A stretch of 64,000 nucleotides of DNA from an archaeon GW2011_AR5 (GTDB lineage Archaea > Aenigmatarchaeota > Aenigmatarchaeia > GW2011-AR5), in contig JWKQ01000001.1 in the NCBI GenBank assembly GCA_000806115.1, positions 368,915 to 432,914 on the forward strand, read 5' to 3'. The position numbers and the translations under genes are program-made. Below, piece by piece: positions 18,669 through 27,726 of this stretch (its first letter is position 1; every line of letters begins with the position of its first letter). The notes below the pieces were generated by a model. That model had not been told where the DNA came from and did not search any database. It worked only from the letters and a program-made list of their open reading frames with translations.

Positions 18669-19088
18669 TCATCTAATTGCTAGAGTTACATAAGATTCTA
18701 CAAAATTTAGTAAATCAAGAAATTCTTCATTTTTATTCGTGCTTATAACTGTTGTTAAATTAGGTATTTTCATAACAAACGTAACCTTAACATTTGTAGG
18801 TTTTCTTTCTACAATCGGTGTTCCCAAATCAGAAAGAGGTGTATAGTCATATCTTAAGGCATCTGAACCTACCTTTAATTCAATTAAAAATTTTGTAGTA
18901 ATAATATCAATTTGTATTGGTGTATCACTCCAAGCTCCATAATTTTCGTTTGTATATGAAATAAAAAAGTTAATAATTTTATTCTCATCAACTTTACTCT
19001 TTATAGTTTCCATAATTTCATTTATTCTTTGTTCTGTTATAGTAAAGTTTATTTTAGAAATTAGCTTTTGCCTTATCTTATCTAACAT
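18669..19088 (-). CDS. hypothetical protein (139 aa), AT-rich cassette
   Basis: Track ORF, 4 nt upstream of the 73-aa ORF. No motif recognised. Confidence 0.45.
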   Translation of the reverse strand: MLDKIRQKLISKINFTITEQRINEIMETIKSKVDENKIINFFISYTNENYGAWSDTPIQIDIITTKFLIELKVGSDALRYDYTPLSDLGTPIVERKPTNVKVTFVMKIPNLTTVISTNKNEEFLDLLNFVESYVTLAIR

Positions 19089-19117
19089 TCTGATACCTTA
19101 TAGATTATTTACTTAAA

Positions 19118-22027
19118 TCAACCTTTCACGTTGCCGACAGGAACGAATTTGCAGACTTTGCTGGATATACCTGCCTTGTGCACGGCGTCTATCACTTCGT
19201 CTATGTCCTTGTAGGCGCTTCCCGCTTCCTCTGCGAGCCCCGCGAAGCTTGTTGTGCGCACGTATATTCCGCGCTTCTCCATGTCGCGCTGAAGGCTGTC
19301 TCCCCTGTAAAGCTGCCTCGCCCTCGTGCGCGACATCGTCCTTCCCGAGCCGTGAGCGGTGCTGCCGAAGGTTTCCTTCATACCCTTTTCCGTTCCCACC
19401 AGCAAATATGAGCCTGTCTCCATCGAGCCGCCTATGATTACCGGCTGCCCTATGTCACGATATATTTTTGGCACTTCCTCGCGCCCGGGACCGAATGCAC
19501 GCGTTGCGCCTTTCCTGTGAACCAGCACCTGCTGCCTTTTCCCGTTGACATCATGCTCCTCAAGCTTCGCCGTGTTGTGTGCCACGTCATAGACGCAGTT
19601 CATCTCCATCGACTCTGCCGACTGCCCCATCACCTTTGAGAAGCACTCCCGTATCCTGTGTAATATAACCTGGCGGTTGGCAAAACTCATGTTGATGCCG
19701 CATTTCATCGCCGTGAAGTAATCCTGGCCCTCTTTGCTCTGGAAAGGCGCGCATGCAAGCTCGCGGTCCAGTATCTTTATTCCGTACTTGGATTCCATAA
19801 CTTCGAGGAAGACGTTGAGATAATCCGTGGCAACCTGGTGCCCGAAGCCGCGGCTCCCGCAGTGGAACATAACCACTACCTGGTTGGGAAAGATTCCCAT
19901 CCGTTTTGCGATTTCCTTATCGACTATGTTCTCAGGCTTCACCACCTGTATCTCAAGATAGTGGTTGCCGCTGCCGAGCGTCCCAATCTGGTCCATGCCG
20001 CGCTCGATTGCCTTTGAGCTGACTTTTGATGCGTCACCTTCCATCTTACCGTTCTCTTCTATCCGCTCGAGGTCCTCTTCCCAGCCGTAACCTTGCTTCA
20101 CAGCCCATTCCGCGCCGCCCACGATAGCCTCGCGGAAGGTATTCTTGTTAAGCTTGACAAACCCCTTGCTGCCCACACCGGCGGGGACGCGCTCGAACAA
20201 CAAATCCACAAGCTGCTTCAGCTTCGGCTTGACGTCCTTGTAGGTAAGATTGGTTGTCAGAAGGCGCATTCCGCAGTTATGAGAAACTATGCAATTCGCT
20301 ATGAAATTATGATGGCGGCTAGGCATTGTGAAATCATAGACATATCCGTCATATTCGATATTTTTAATTTCCGAAACCTCATCTTTGATAAACTCGGAAT
20401 TTGGAATCTCAACCGTTCTACAAAATTCTTGGAATGTGGGGAAACTCCCTGAAATTCTCACGCCTTTATAGGTCTTATATTTTCTTGCTCTTACTCTGCT
20501 CTTCATGTCTGAAATTTCAATTTCATTGCACTCGATCATCTTCTCCAGATTTTTCAGATATTCACGCTTGAAATTCAGATAAGAAAGCGCAAGCATGGAA
20601 AGCCTTCTCCGTTCTGCGCAATATTCATAGCCAATGTTACCCCATAATCTACTCAAATTTTCAGGCTTTGCTGATAATCTGAGTGCAAGCTTGTGGGTTG
20701 GCTCTCCGAATGTATTAATTGCAATCCTTTGCCTGTATATTTTATTGGCAACAACCCCAAATTCCAGAAGGAGATTTGTTATTTCCAGAATGAAGTTCAT
20801 ATTATCCTTTTCAAGACTGTCTATCTTGTTCTGGCTAAAACTAGGCTCAGTGAAGCTCGTCAATTCGCTCTTCCTCTGACATGGCTTATTAAGCTCTGCA
20901 CCAAAGAGCCCGGCAAGATAAAGCCTTTTTATCCACTTTGGAGCTTTTCCAATCCATTTCGGAACAGATGTTTTTGTCCGAGATTTATTGCCTTTTGGAA
21001 CACCAAGAGCATGGAGCAAAACACTCAATGCCTGGGAATTAATATGGTATTGCGTGCTTTTTCCTATTATTTCCTGTTTAGAGCCGGATCCAGTTGTGAT
21101 CGTGCTTGAATAATCCAATGTCCTGATATGTGTTGCCTTGAATCCAAGCTCGAAAATGTCCTCTTTAATTTCTTCAAGATCTTCCTGTTTTCCTATAATT
21201 CTAGTAGACCAAATATCCATGCTTCTTTTTTTGGAAAAGTATGATCCTACCCATCCATCGCCTGTTATGAAACCAACAAGCTTTGCCAATATAGGTAATT
21301 TTGCAGAATTGTATCTCAATGGCAGGAGAGATTTTTCTTTAAGCTCTTTCACTATATTTTCCCTATTGCCTACAATGGATCGAATAGCATTTTCATCTAA
21401 GATTATATCACTAGACGGCTCCTCATATTCTATCCCATTAAATGGATGAATAATGATTTTTTGACCCTCTCTCATTTCGCTTGCTTCTATGAACTCGCTG
21501 CCCGTATACAGAGGATGATCAGAAGAAAGGATGATTTCATGACCGGTTTTTGTAGTTATTTTCAGGACTGGCTTGTCTGATTCCTTTGCCAAAAATATTA
21601 CAGGCTTGTCATGCAGTTTATTGCTATTTTCAGTATCAATATAGCTAACTGTATCTGTGCATTTCTCCATTTCTTTTATTTTTCTGAAATATCCAAAGCG
21701 TGTAAGTATTCTTGTCTCCGGATGCAAGCAGTTGATGTCGAATCCTATTCCGCCGGGAGAAATGACGCCTTTCTCGACGTCCATCGCCGCGACGCCGCCT
21801 ATCGGAAATCCGTACCCGGAGTGCCCGTCAGACATGCAATAAGCATAATTGATGATACCCGGCAGCGTGGCTACATTGGTTATCTGGTCATAAACCTGCA
21901 TGTCCATCTGGGCGACTATTCCCTCGGTGCCTATAATCTTCGCAGGCACGTGCATGCCCGGCTTGTAAGTCTTCGGGATAACCCATTCAGTTTCGCTGAC
22001 TTTCTGCAAAAAGTTTGGTACTGCCAA
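19118..22027 (-). CDS. rtcB: RNA-splicing ligase RtcB, interrupted by an intein
   Basis: Exteins carry the RtcB motifs (GGIGFDIN | CGMRLL, GSGNHY, HCGSRGFGH, HGSGR). 969 aa, against about 480 for an intein-free RtcB. Confidence 0.95.
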   Translation of the reverse strand: MAVPNFLQKVSETEWVIPKTYKPGMHVPAKIIGTEGIVAQMDMQVYDQITNVATLPGIINYAYCMSDGHSGYGFPIGGVAAMDVEKGVISPGGIGFDINCLHPETRILTRFGYFRKIKEMEKCTDTVSYIDTENSNKLHDKPVIFLAKESDKPVLKITTKTGHEIILSSDHPLYTGSEFIEASEMREGQKIIIHPFNGIEYEEPSSDIILDENAIRSIVGNRENIVKELKEKSLLPLRYNSAKLPILAKLVGFITGDGWVGSYFSKKRSMDIWSTRIIGKQEDLEEIKEDIFELGFKATHIRTLDYSSTITTGSGSKQEIIGKSTQYHINSQALSVLLHALGVPKGNKSRTKTSVPKWIGKAPKWIKRLYLAGLFGAELNKPCQRKSELTSFTEPSFSQNKIDSLEKDNMNFILEITNLLLEFGVVANKIYRQRIAINTFGEPTHKLALRLSAKPENLSRLWGNIGYEYCAERRRLSMLALSYLNFKREYLKNLEKMIECNEIEISDMKSRVRARKYKTYKGVRISGSFPTFQEFCRTVEIPNSEFIKDEVSEIKNIEYDGYVYDFTMPSRHHNFIANCIVSHNCGMRLLTTNLTYKDVKPKLKQLVDLLFERVPAGVGSKGFVKLNKNTFREAIVGGAEWAVKQGYGWEEDLERIEENGKMEGDASKVSSKAIERGMDQIGTLGSGNHYLEIQVVKPENIVDKEIAKRMGIFPNQVVVMFHCGSRGFGHQVATDYLNVFLEVMESKYGIKILDRELACAPFQSKEGQDYFTAMKCGINMSFANRQVILHRIRECFSKVMGQSAESMEMNCVYDVAHNTAKLEEHDVNGKRQQVLVHRKGATRAFGPGREEVPKIYRDIGQPVIIGGSMETGSYLLVGTEKGMKETFGSTAHGSGRTMSRTRARQLYRGDSLQRDMEKRGIYVRTTSFAGLAEEAGSAYKDIDEVIDAVHKAGISSKVCKFVPVGNVKG
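20276..21730 (-). mobile_element. intein (485 aa) with LAGLIDADG homing-endonuclease domain
   Basis: Starts with Cys100 (CLHPETRIL) right after FDIN. Ends ...IVSHN, followed by the +1 Cys of CGMRLL. LAGLIDADG-type motifs LVGFITGDGW and YLAGLFGAEL. Confidence 0.85.
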
Positions 22028-22197
22028 GTTTCTTCACCTCCATTTTGTCTTACAGTTGTAAATCCTAAGCTATGATAATTATACTAACGGGCGAGAAAAA
22101 ATCTTCTTCTCACACACGCCTTTTATCTGTTGAAAGACTCTTACTTCTTCCAATCGTGACAGGCATGCATGTTTTAGTTACTTTAGAAACAGGCTAT

Positions 22198-22788
22198 TTA
22201 AAGTCGTTCTTTGACAGCTATCCTTATGCGCTGCAAAGCAGTTATGTTCGCAAGAACTGCCAGCAGGACAAGCACATAAGTCAGGTAAGCCGCATTGAAA
22301 TAAGCGAGCAGTATGCCGATGAACACAATAATCATCCTTTCAGGCCTCTCCAGCAAGCCGCCGCTTATCTCCCTGTTCAACTTTTCCTTGGCTGCGGCCT
22401 TGACATAAGTCACTGTCATCGAGCCGAAAAGGTACAGGGCTGCCCAGAAATAAGACGGCAGGTAGAATGGAGGAAGCGGAACCAGCAGGATAACAAGCGC
22501 GATTATACCTTCCATGTACCTGTCTGAAACCGTGTCAAAGTACGCGCCGCGTGCGCTGGCTGATTTCCTGTAACGCGCAACAGCGCCGTCCACAGCGTCA
22601 AGGAAGGCACCGGCAGCAAAAAATACGGCGGCGCAGATGAAGTTCTGAACCAGAAGAAAGTAAGCAGCAATGAACGCAGCCAGCAAAGCGAGGACTGTGT
22701 AGGCGTTTGCGCTGCCGAAACGTCCAAATGCTTTGCCTACAGATGCCGAAAAACCGGAGAATTTCTTGCGTCTCTTGTAAAGTGTCAT
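22198..22788 (-). CDS. CDP-alcohol phosphatidyltransferase
   Basis: DGAVARx8GAYFDTVSDRY matches DGxxARx8Gx3Dx3D. Multi-TM. Confidence 0.8.
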   Translation of the reverse strand: MTLYKRRKKFSGFSASVGKAFGRFGSANAYTVLALLAAFIAAYFLLVQNFICAAVFFAAGAFLDAVDGAVARYRKSASARGAYFDTVSDRYMEGIIALVILLVPLPPFYLPSYFWAALYLFGSMTVTYVKAAAKEKLNREISGGLLERPERMIIVFIGILLAYFNAAYLTYVLVLLAVLANITALQRIRIAVKERL

Positions 22789-22822
22789 TGAATAGAATTG
22801 AAAAATAACGCTTAAAAGCAGC

Positions 22823-22924
22823 TTACAGCTTGTTCCAGCCTTTTTTCTTGAACTTGCGGTGCACGCCCTTCTTGTAACCCTTGTACTTCTTCTTGTTGCG
22901 CTCGAACGATTCCACTTCCGCCAT
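22823..22924 (-). CDS. very basic microprotein (33 aa)
   Basis: My own translation gives MAEVESFERNKKKYKGYKKGVHRKFKKKGWNKL. Unannotated in the track (too short). Confidence 0.3.
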   Translation of the reverse strand: MAEVESFERNKKKYKGYKKGVHRKFKKKGWNKL

Positions 22925-22971
22925 GCCTGTCACCAAAAGTCATCTGCTATAATTATAATCCCGCTCCTGAT

Positions 22972-23352
22972 TTAAATCCAGCCGTCTATCGCGTGCCATT
23001 CCCTGTTGTCTCTGTCAAAAGCCCATCTTATCGTCTCATAAGCCGTCCGGTCGCCGCCATCCTGCGCTGCAGTCTGGAAGCCCTGCATGAAATATCTCAG
23101 TTTCCTCCGCGCGCCGGGCGGGTATCTTTCTTTCCACACGGTTTTTGCGGGGTTTTCCAGCTTGCCGGCGAACGCCAAAAATACCTGCAGCATTTTATCA
23201 TGTCCATACTGCTTAAAGCCCGGCGCCATTTCCCTGTACGTGGCGGCGCCAAGGCTCCTCAATGAATTTGCATCTCTCAGCAATGGCTCCAGTTGCCGGT
23301 CATTTTCAGGAAGCTCGATCTCTCTGTATCTTGTTTTGTACGGCATATTCAA
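22972..23352 (-). CDS. hypothetical protein (126 aa)
   Basis: Track ORF. No motif recognised. Confidence 0.5.
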   Translation of the reverse strand: MNMPYKTRYREIELPENDRQLEPLLRDANSLRSLGAATYREMAPGFKQYGHDKMLQVFLAFAGKLENPAKTVWKERYPPGARRKLRYFMQGFQTAAQDGGDRTAYETIRWAFDRDNREWHAIDGWI

Positions 23353-23380
23353 TCTATCAAGAAAAAGCTTAAGTTACGAA

Positions 23381-23479
23381 TCACAGGTCGCTGCAGTCGC
23401 GCTTGTATCCGCACGCTCTGCATATAAGCTTGCAGTGCTTCTCCTCAAGCATTGTTGAGCCGCAAACCTCGCACTGCAT
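23381..23479 (-). CDS. zinc-ribbon microprotein (32 aa)
   Basis: My own translation gives MQCEVCGSTMLEEKHCKLICRACGYKRDCSDL. Confidence 0.35.
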   Translation of the reverse strand: MQCEVCGSTMLEEKHCKLICRACGYKRDCSDL

Positions 23480-23488
23480 GAAAGAATT

Positions 23489-24361
23489 TTGGCTGTTCCA
23501 AGATATAATTCTTTAAATTCCTATAATTCAAGTAGTATAGTGAAAAGCAAAATTGACAGGCAGGTTAGAATGGAGGCTTTCGACGCGTTAGATAAGCTAA
23601 GAAAAGATAATCTACCAAGAAAGGAAATTATAGAAATAATAAACAAAAAGTTTGGCATACCTTCAGGAAACCTATATGATTGGTACAGTAACAAGCACAT
23701 TCCATATGGACGTAAAGGGAAGCTAAAAAATATCCCAGAGTTATTTTATGTAATTGGAGCACTTCTTGGTGATGGCTGTCTATACAGATGGAGGTTGACA
23801 AATAATTTTGTACTCTTAATGGGCGATAAAAGATTTGCAGAAAAATATGCAAGACTAGTTACGCTTTGCACAAATAAGAAATCAAAAGCCTACATAAACA
23901 GAAATCAGAACATATGGTTTGTCAAGTCCAACAATTTTGAATTGTATTCTTTCTTCAAGAAATCACGCGAAGATTTGAGTTATCTTACAAATTTATTAAA
24001 AAATAGTGACAGGAAATGCTCTATACTGTTTATCGAAGGGCTTTTTGATGCCGAAGGCTGTGTCAAAATTATTAAAGAAAAGGCGCGAAAAACTCCTAAG
24101 ATATGTTTAGATATAACAAACACAAATTTTGAACTTCTAGAAGTTTTTAAGAATTTGTTAAAAATCAGCTTTGAAATAGAAGCCAATTACTCAATCCAGA
24201 AGCCATTTGTTGGCAAAGACGGTTCAACAAGGAAAAAATCTTATCATCTTAGAATTTACAAAAAAGATGATATAAGAAAATTTCTAAAGAATATCAATAC
24301 AACAAAACTAAAAGAAGAAAAAATTCCTTACGTCAATAACTGGTTAAATAACGGCAAATAA
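23489..24361 (+). CDS. free-standing LAGLIDADG homing endonuclease (two-motif) with N-terminal HTH-like region
   Basis: VIGALLGDGCLY and FIEGLFDAEGCV motifs. The TTG start in the track is uncertain (alternative ATG near 23570). Stop abuts the sod stop with no spacer. Confidence 0.7.
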   Translation: MAVPRYNSLNSYNSSSIVKSKIDRQVRMEAFDALDKLRKDNLPRKEIIEIINKKFGIPSGNLYDWYSNKHIPYGRKGKLKNIPELFYVIGALLGDGCLYRWRLTNNFVLLMGDKRFAEKYARLVTLCTNKKSKAYINRNQNIWFVKSNNFELYSFFKKSREDLSYLTNLLKNSDRKCSILFIEGLFDAEGCVKIIKEKARKTPKICLDITNTNFELLEVFKNLLKISFEIEANYSIQKPFVGKDGSTRKKSYHLRIYKKDDIRKFLKNINTTKLKEEKIPYVNNWLNNGK

Positions 24362-24976
24362 CTATTTCATAGCAGCTCTGAAATGTCTATTGATTTCTTC
24401 CCAGTTGACAACATTCCACCAAGTTGCAATGTAATCGGTGCGCTTGTTTTGCCATTTTAAATAATAACTATGTTCCCACAAGTCGATACCAAGAACAGGA
24501 ATTCTGTGTTGGCTTATTGGATTATCCTGGTTCGGCGTAGTCATGATTTCCAGCTGGCCTTGATTCAACACCAGCCATGCCCAGCCACTGCCAAAATGAT
24601 TCGCAGCGGCTGCGGAGAACTGCTCCTTGAACTTGTCAAATGAGCCGAACTTTTCCTCAATTGCGCCGACAACCTCGCCTTCCGGGCTCGGCGCGTCCAT
24701 TATCATAAGCGGCCAGAAGAAGCTGTGATTCAAATGTCCGCCGCCGTGATTGCGCACCGCCGTGCGAATTGCGTCCGGCACACCGGCGAGATTAGTCAGA
24801 AGCTCCTCGACGCTCTTGCCGTGCAGCTCCTTGTGAGGCTCGAGCGCCGCGTTCAATTTGTCAACATATGCCTGGTGATGCTTCGTATGATGTATTTTCA
24901 TTGTCTGCTCGTCCATGTGCGGCTCGAGAGCGTTGTAATCATACGGAAGCTGCGGAAGTTTGAACGGGTACGTCAT
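24362..24976 (-). CDS. Fe/Mn superoxide dismutase
   Basis: [21 protein letters not shown] and DLWEHSYYL motifs. Confidence 0.95.
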   Translation of the reverse strand: MTYPFKLPQLPYDYNALEPHMDEQTMKIHHTKHHQAYVDKLNAALEPHKELHGKSVEELLTNLAGVPDAIRTAVRNHGGGHLNHSFFWPLMIMDAPSPEGEVVGAIEEKFGSFDKFKEQFSAAAANHFGSGWAWLVLNQGQLEIMTTPNQDNPISQHRIPVLGIDLWEHSYYLKWQNKRTDYIATWWNVVNWEEINRHFRAAMK

Positions 24977-24999
24977 TTTATCATCTCCTTCTCAGGTTT

Positions 25000-25212
25000 T
25001 TACTTAAGGCTTTCAACAAAAGCGAAGCCCAAGGCCGTGCCGACCCAAAGAGCATGCCATGCAAGATATGCACAGGCAGGTCCCGGTGTCTCGTATTTCT
25101 CCGTCTTTTTCCGGATGCTTTGTTCGGCGAAATCCATGCCGTTTCTGAAATCATACAAGAATGCACCCGGAATGAAATCCCTTGGCGTGAATCCGTTGTT
25201 CATGAATATCAT
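25000..25212 (-). CDS. hypothetical protein (70 aa) coupled to the peroxiredoxin gene
   Basis: Track ORF. ATGA overlap with the upstream stop, and 23 nt upstream of sod on the same strand. Confidence 0.45.
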   Translation of the reverse strand: MIFMNNGFTPRDFIPGAFLYDFRNGMDFAEQSIRKKTEKYETPGPACAYLAWHALWVGTALGFAFVESLK

Positions 25213-25658
25213 TTCAATTTCTCAACAGCTTCCAATATCTCGCTATTGTCAAGCTTCTCGGCGGGCTTCTGCATCACGTGCTTCCATGCTACCTTTCCAG
25301 TTTCGTCAATAAGCAGATAAGCGCGCTCGCTGAAGCCTTCCGGACGCAGCAGTCCGTAGCTGCGCGACACCTCACGGGAAAAATCGCTGAGTATAGGAAA
25401 ATCAATCCCAAGCTGCTGAGCCCATGCCTTATGGCTCCATATAGAATCGACGCTTATGCCAAGCACGTTGATGCCCAACCCTTTTAGCTCGCCCATATCG
25501 TCCTTGAAGCACGTCATCTCAGGACCGCAAACCGGGCTCCAGTCTGCAACGTAGAAAGCAAGGAGCACTTTTCTTCCCTGAAAATCGCTAAGGCGCACAT
25601 CATTGTCATGCTGGTCCTTCATAACGAAATCCGGCGCATGCTCTCCGACATTAATCAT
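25209..25658 (-). CDS. AhpC/TSA-family peroxiredoxin (Bcp-like)
   Basis: GEHAPDF...VLLAFYVADWSPVCGPE motif. Start set to ATG at 25658 (MINVGEH) inside track ORF 25209..25760. Confidence 0.8.
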   Translation of the reverse strand: MINVGEHAPDFVMKDQHDNDVRLSDFQGRKVLLAFYVADWSPVCGPEMTCFKDDMGELKGLGINVLGISVDSIWSHKAWAQQLGIDFPILSDFSREVSRSYGLLRPEGFSERAYLLIDETGKVAWKHVMQKPAEKLDNSEILEAVEKLK

Positions 25659-25833
25659 CTTAGGATACCACCTTAATGTGACAAAGGACACCAACTTGTG
25701 GTATCCTAGATCCCAACTGCTGCATTCATATAAACTATAGACAGCAGTTGTCGATAACATTGTAATAGGATGTTCATCTTTTTAAGCGCATGTGAAATAA
25801 ATCCTCAGAAACAGAAAGAAGCCAGAACATTCG

Positions 25834-26394
25834 CTATATTTTTCCGACCAAATCTAATCCTGGTTTGAGAGTCTTGCCGCCGGGCTTCCAGCTCGCGGGG
25901 CATACCATTCCCTTGTTCTCCGCAACGAATTTTGCAGCATGAACCTTCCTAAGAAGTTCGTGCGCGTTCCTTCCTATGTTGTTTGCATTTATCTCAACTG
26001 ACTGCAAGACGCCGTTGGGGTCTATTATGAAAGTGCCGCGCAGCGAGAGTCCCTCGCCTTCTATGTAGGTGTCGAATTCCCTGCAGAGATTTCCCGTCGG
26101 GTCGGCGAGCATCGGGAATTTTACCTTTTTTATCGCCGGCGAATTGTCATGCCACGCCTTGTGGACGAAGACTGTGTCGGTGCTCACCGACATCACTTCG
26201 GCACCGGCTTTGCCGAATTCCTCGTAAAGCTCAGCCGCTTCCTCAAGCTCCGTCGGGCAGATAAACGTGAAATCAGCAGGGTAGAAAATCAATACAAGCC
26301 ATTTGCCCGGCATCGGAATCCTGACGGTTTTTTCCTCGCCGTCGTGATATGCCTTCAGCGCAAAATCAGGAACCTTTTCGCCTATTCGTACCAT
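25834..26394 (-). CDS. 2-Cys peroxiredoxin
   Basis: FYPADFTFICPTE peroxidatic-Cys motif and resolving Cys region GMVCPASW. Confidence 0.9.
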   Translation of the reverse strand: MVRIGEKVPDFALKAYHDGEEKTVRIPMPGKWLVLIFYPADFTFICPTELEEAAELYEEFGKAGAEVMSVSTDTVFVHKAWHDNSPAIKKVKFPMLADPTGNLCREFDTYIEGEGLSLRGTFIIDPNGVLQSVEINANNIGRNAHELLRKVHAAKFVAENKGMVCPASWKPGGKTLKPGLDLVGKI

Positions 26395-26523
26395 AAAATC
26401 ACAGTACTATAGAAACAGCCATCTATAAAAACTCCTCCGGCGCGGCGGCGCCATTTTCGCGCCAAATCTTATATAAATATGACACGCCCAATTTATAATA
26501 AACACAAAACGGAGGATGAAAAA

Positions 26524-26694
26524 ATGGGACTAGTAGTTGCATCAGCTGCGAAAGACGTAATCAAGAAGGCGGAAATGAACTGCGGCGGCGACTTTGTGGA
26601 CGCTTTGGACAAGAAAGTCGAGGCTCTCATAAACGACGCCGTTGCGCGCGCAAAGAGCAATGATCGCAAGACAGTAAGATCTGGCGATCTGTAA
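26524..26694 (+). CDS. DUF1931-like histone-fold protein (56 aa)
   Basis: The pattern ...DALDKKVEALINDAVARAKSNDRKTV..GD resembles the DUF1931 histone-fold family. ATG at 26524 is preceded by GGAGGATGA. Confidence 0.5.
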   Translation: MGLVVASAAKDVIKKAEMNCGGDFVDALDKKVEALINDAVARAKSNDRKTVRSGDL

Positions 26695-26758
26695 AAGCGG
26701 TTTTCCGATTTTTTTAATTTAACAATTTACCTATTTTTTAAAAACAATCAGAAATCAG

Positions 26759-26976
26759 ATCTTCCTAATATCCCACGACTTTAGTTGTGGATTTGCAAGG
26801 ATGACTCAAAGAGTCATCCTGCACGGAAGGAACTTCGTTCCTTCCTGTGTTGGAAGATAGGATTCAGATTCATTGTGTTTCACAAGGACTTCGAAGAAAT
26901 CCTGTGCAGGAAAAGCAAAGCTTTTCCTCGCATCACGCGACTAAAGTCGCGTGTTTTCAATGAATCTAGAATAATC
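26759..26976 (+). repeat. family-1 multi-hairpin intergenic element, copy C
   Basis: P1 atcttcc (26759) / ggaagat (26852) encloses TAATA and three hairpins. P2 attcagattcattg (26862) / caatgaatctagaat (26958) encloses three hairpins, including 26934-26953 with a TAAA loop. Track ORF 26785..26982 lies wholly inside and is rejected. Confidence 0.8.
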
Positions 26977-27006
26977 AAATAAGAAAAAAAGAAAATAACA
27001 ATTTTC

Positions 27007-27168
27007 TCAGCCCTTGCTCGAGAGTTTCTTTCCTTTGACGAATGCCCACAATTTCTTGGTCATTTCGCTTGGTGCAATCGGCTTGCTTCCAAACACGTCT
27101 TCAACAGTTTCTTTCCTGCCTTTGAAGTTGATGGAATATCCGCCAAAAGCTGGTTTCTTTGCTGCCAT
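27007..27168 (-). CDS. SWIB/MDM2-like microprotein (53 aa)
   Basis: My own translation gives MAAKKPAFGGYSINFKGRKETVEDVFGSKPIAPSEMTKKLWAFVKGKKLSSKG. The ...MTKKLWAFVKGKKL segment resembles the SWIB helix xxxxLWxYIKxxxL. Confidence 0.35.
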   Translation of the reverse strand: MAAKKPAFGGYSINFKGRKETVEDVFGSKPIAPSEMTKKLWAFVKGKKLSSKG

Positions 27169-27186
27169 TTAATATTCCTCCTATAT

Positions 27187-27291
27187 TCACATCATGAATG
27201 CGAGAGAAATCCACGACTGCCCGAGAATTGCGCCGAAAGCCGAAGCAATCAATACCACAAGCCCAAGCAATGCCAAATCCCTGCTTTTCAT
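27187..27291 (-). CDS. possible single-TM micropeptide (34 aa)
   Basis: My own translation gives MKSRDLALLGLVVLIASAFGAILGQSWISLAFMM. No other support. Confidence 0.2.
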   Translation of the reverse strand: MKSRDLALLGLVVLIASAFGAILGQSWISLAFMM

Positions 27292-27397
27292 GCTATGTAT
27301 ACCTTGAATTAAGGCGATTTATATAGATTTTACGGAGAGAAGATTCACTCCTGAGTAGTCAAATTTTGCTTAAATAAACCATATTCAATGGGATAGC

Positions 27398-27724
27398 ATG
27401 TTTGATTTAAACTACAAAGGAATGAAGTGGGGATTTTACTCCTTGAAGACTGATTCAAGGCTGACTCCTGAACAAAGACTTGACATTTCATACAGGGCTA
27501 TAAGCATGCATCACATAACTGGTGAAACGTCCCGGAGTTTCGCAGACACTGAGCTGGAGTATGAAGGCAGAATAACAACAGGAGGCGAATTCGGTTCATT
27601 GGGCGGCGGGTTATGGGGACAGATATACGATGCAGAAGTTGATGCAAAATTTGGGAAAGCAAAGATAAGGTTCATGATAAGTGAGCAAACAATGGGCTCC
27701 AGAACTTCTGTATCCAACAATTGA
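27398..27724 (+). CDS. hypothetical protein (108 aa)
   Basis: Track ORF. No motif recognised. Confidence 0.45.
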   Translation: MFDLNYKGMKWGFYSLKTDSRLTPEQRLDISYRAISMHHITGETSRSFADTELEYEGRITTGGEFGSLGGGLWGQIYDAEVDAKFGKAKIRFMISEQTMGSRTSVSNN

Positions 27725-27726
27725 TT

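Noticed and set aside
26785-26982. 65-aa ORF, and similarly 35487..35681 and the 5' part of 45064..45786
   Set aside because: They lie entirely within family-1 hairpin elements. The reading frames are by-products of palindromic sequence and are not conserved between copies.
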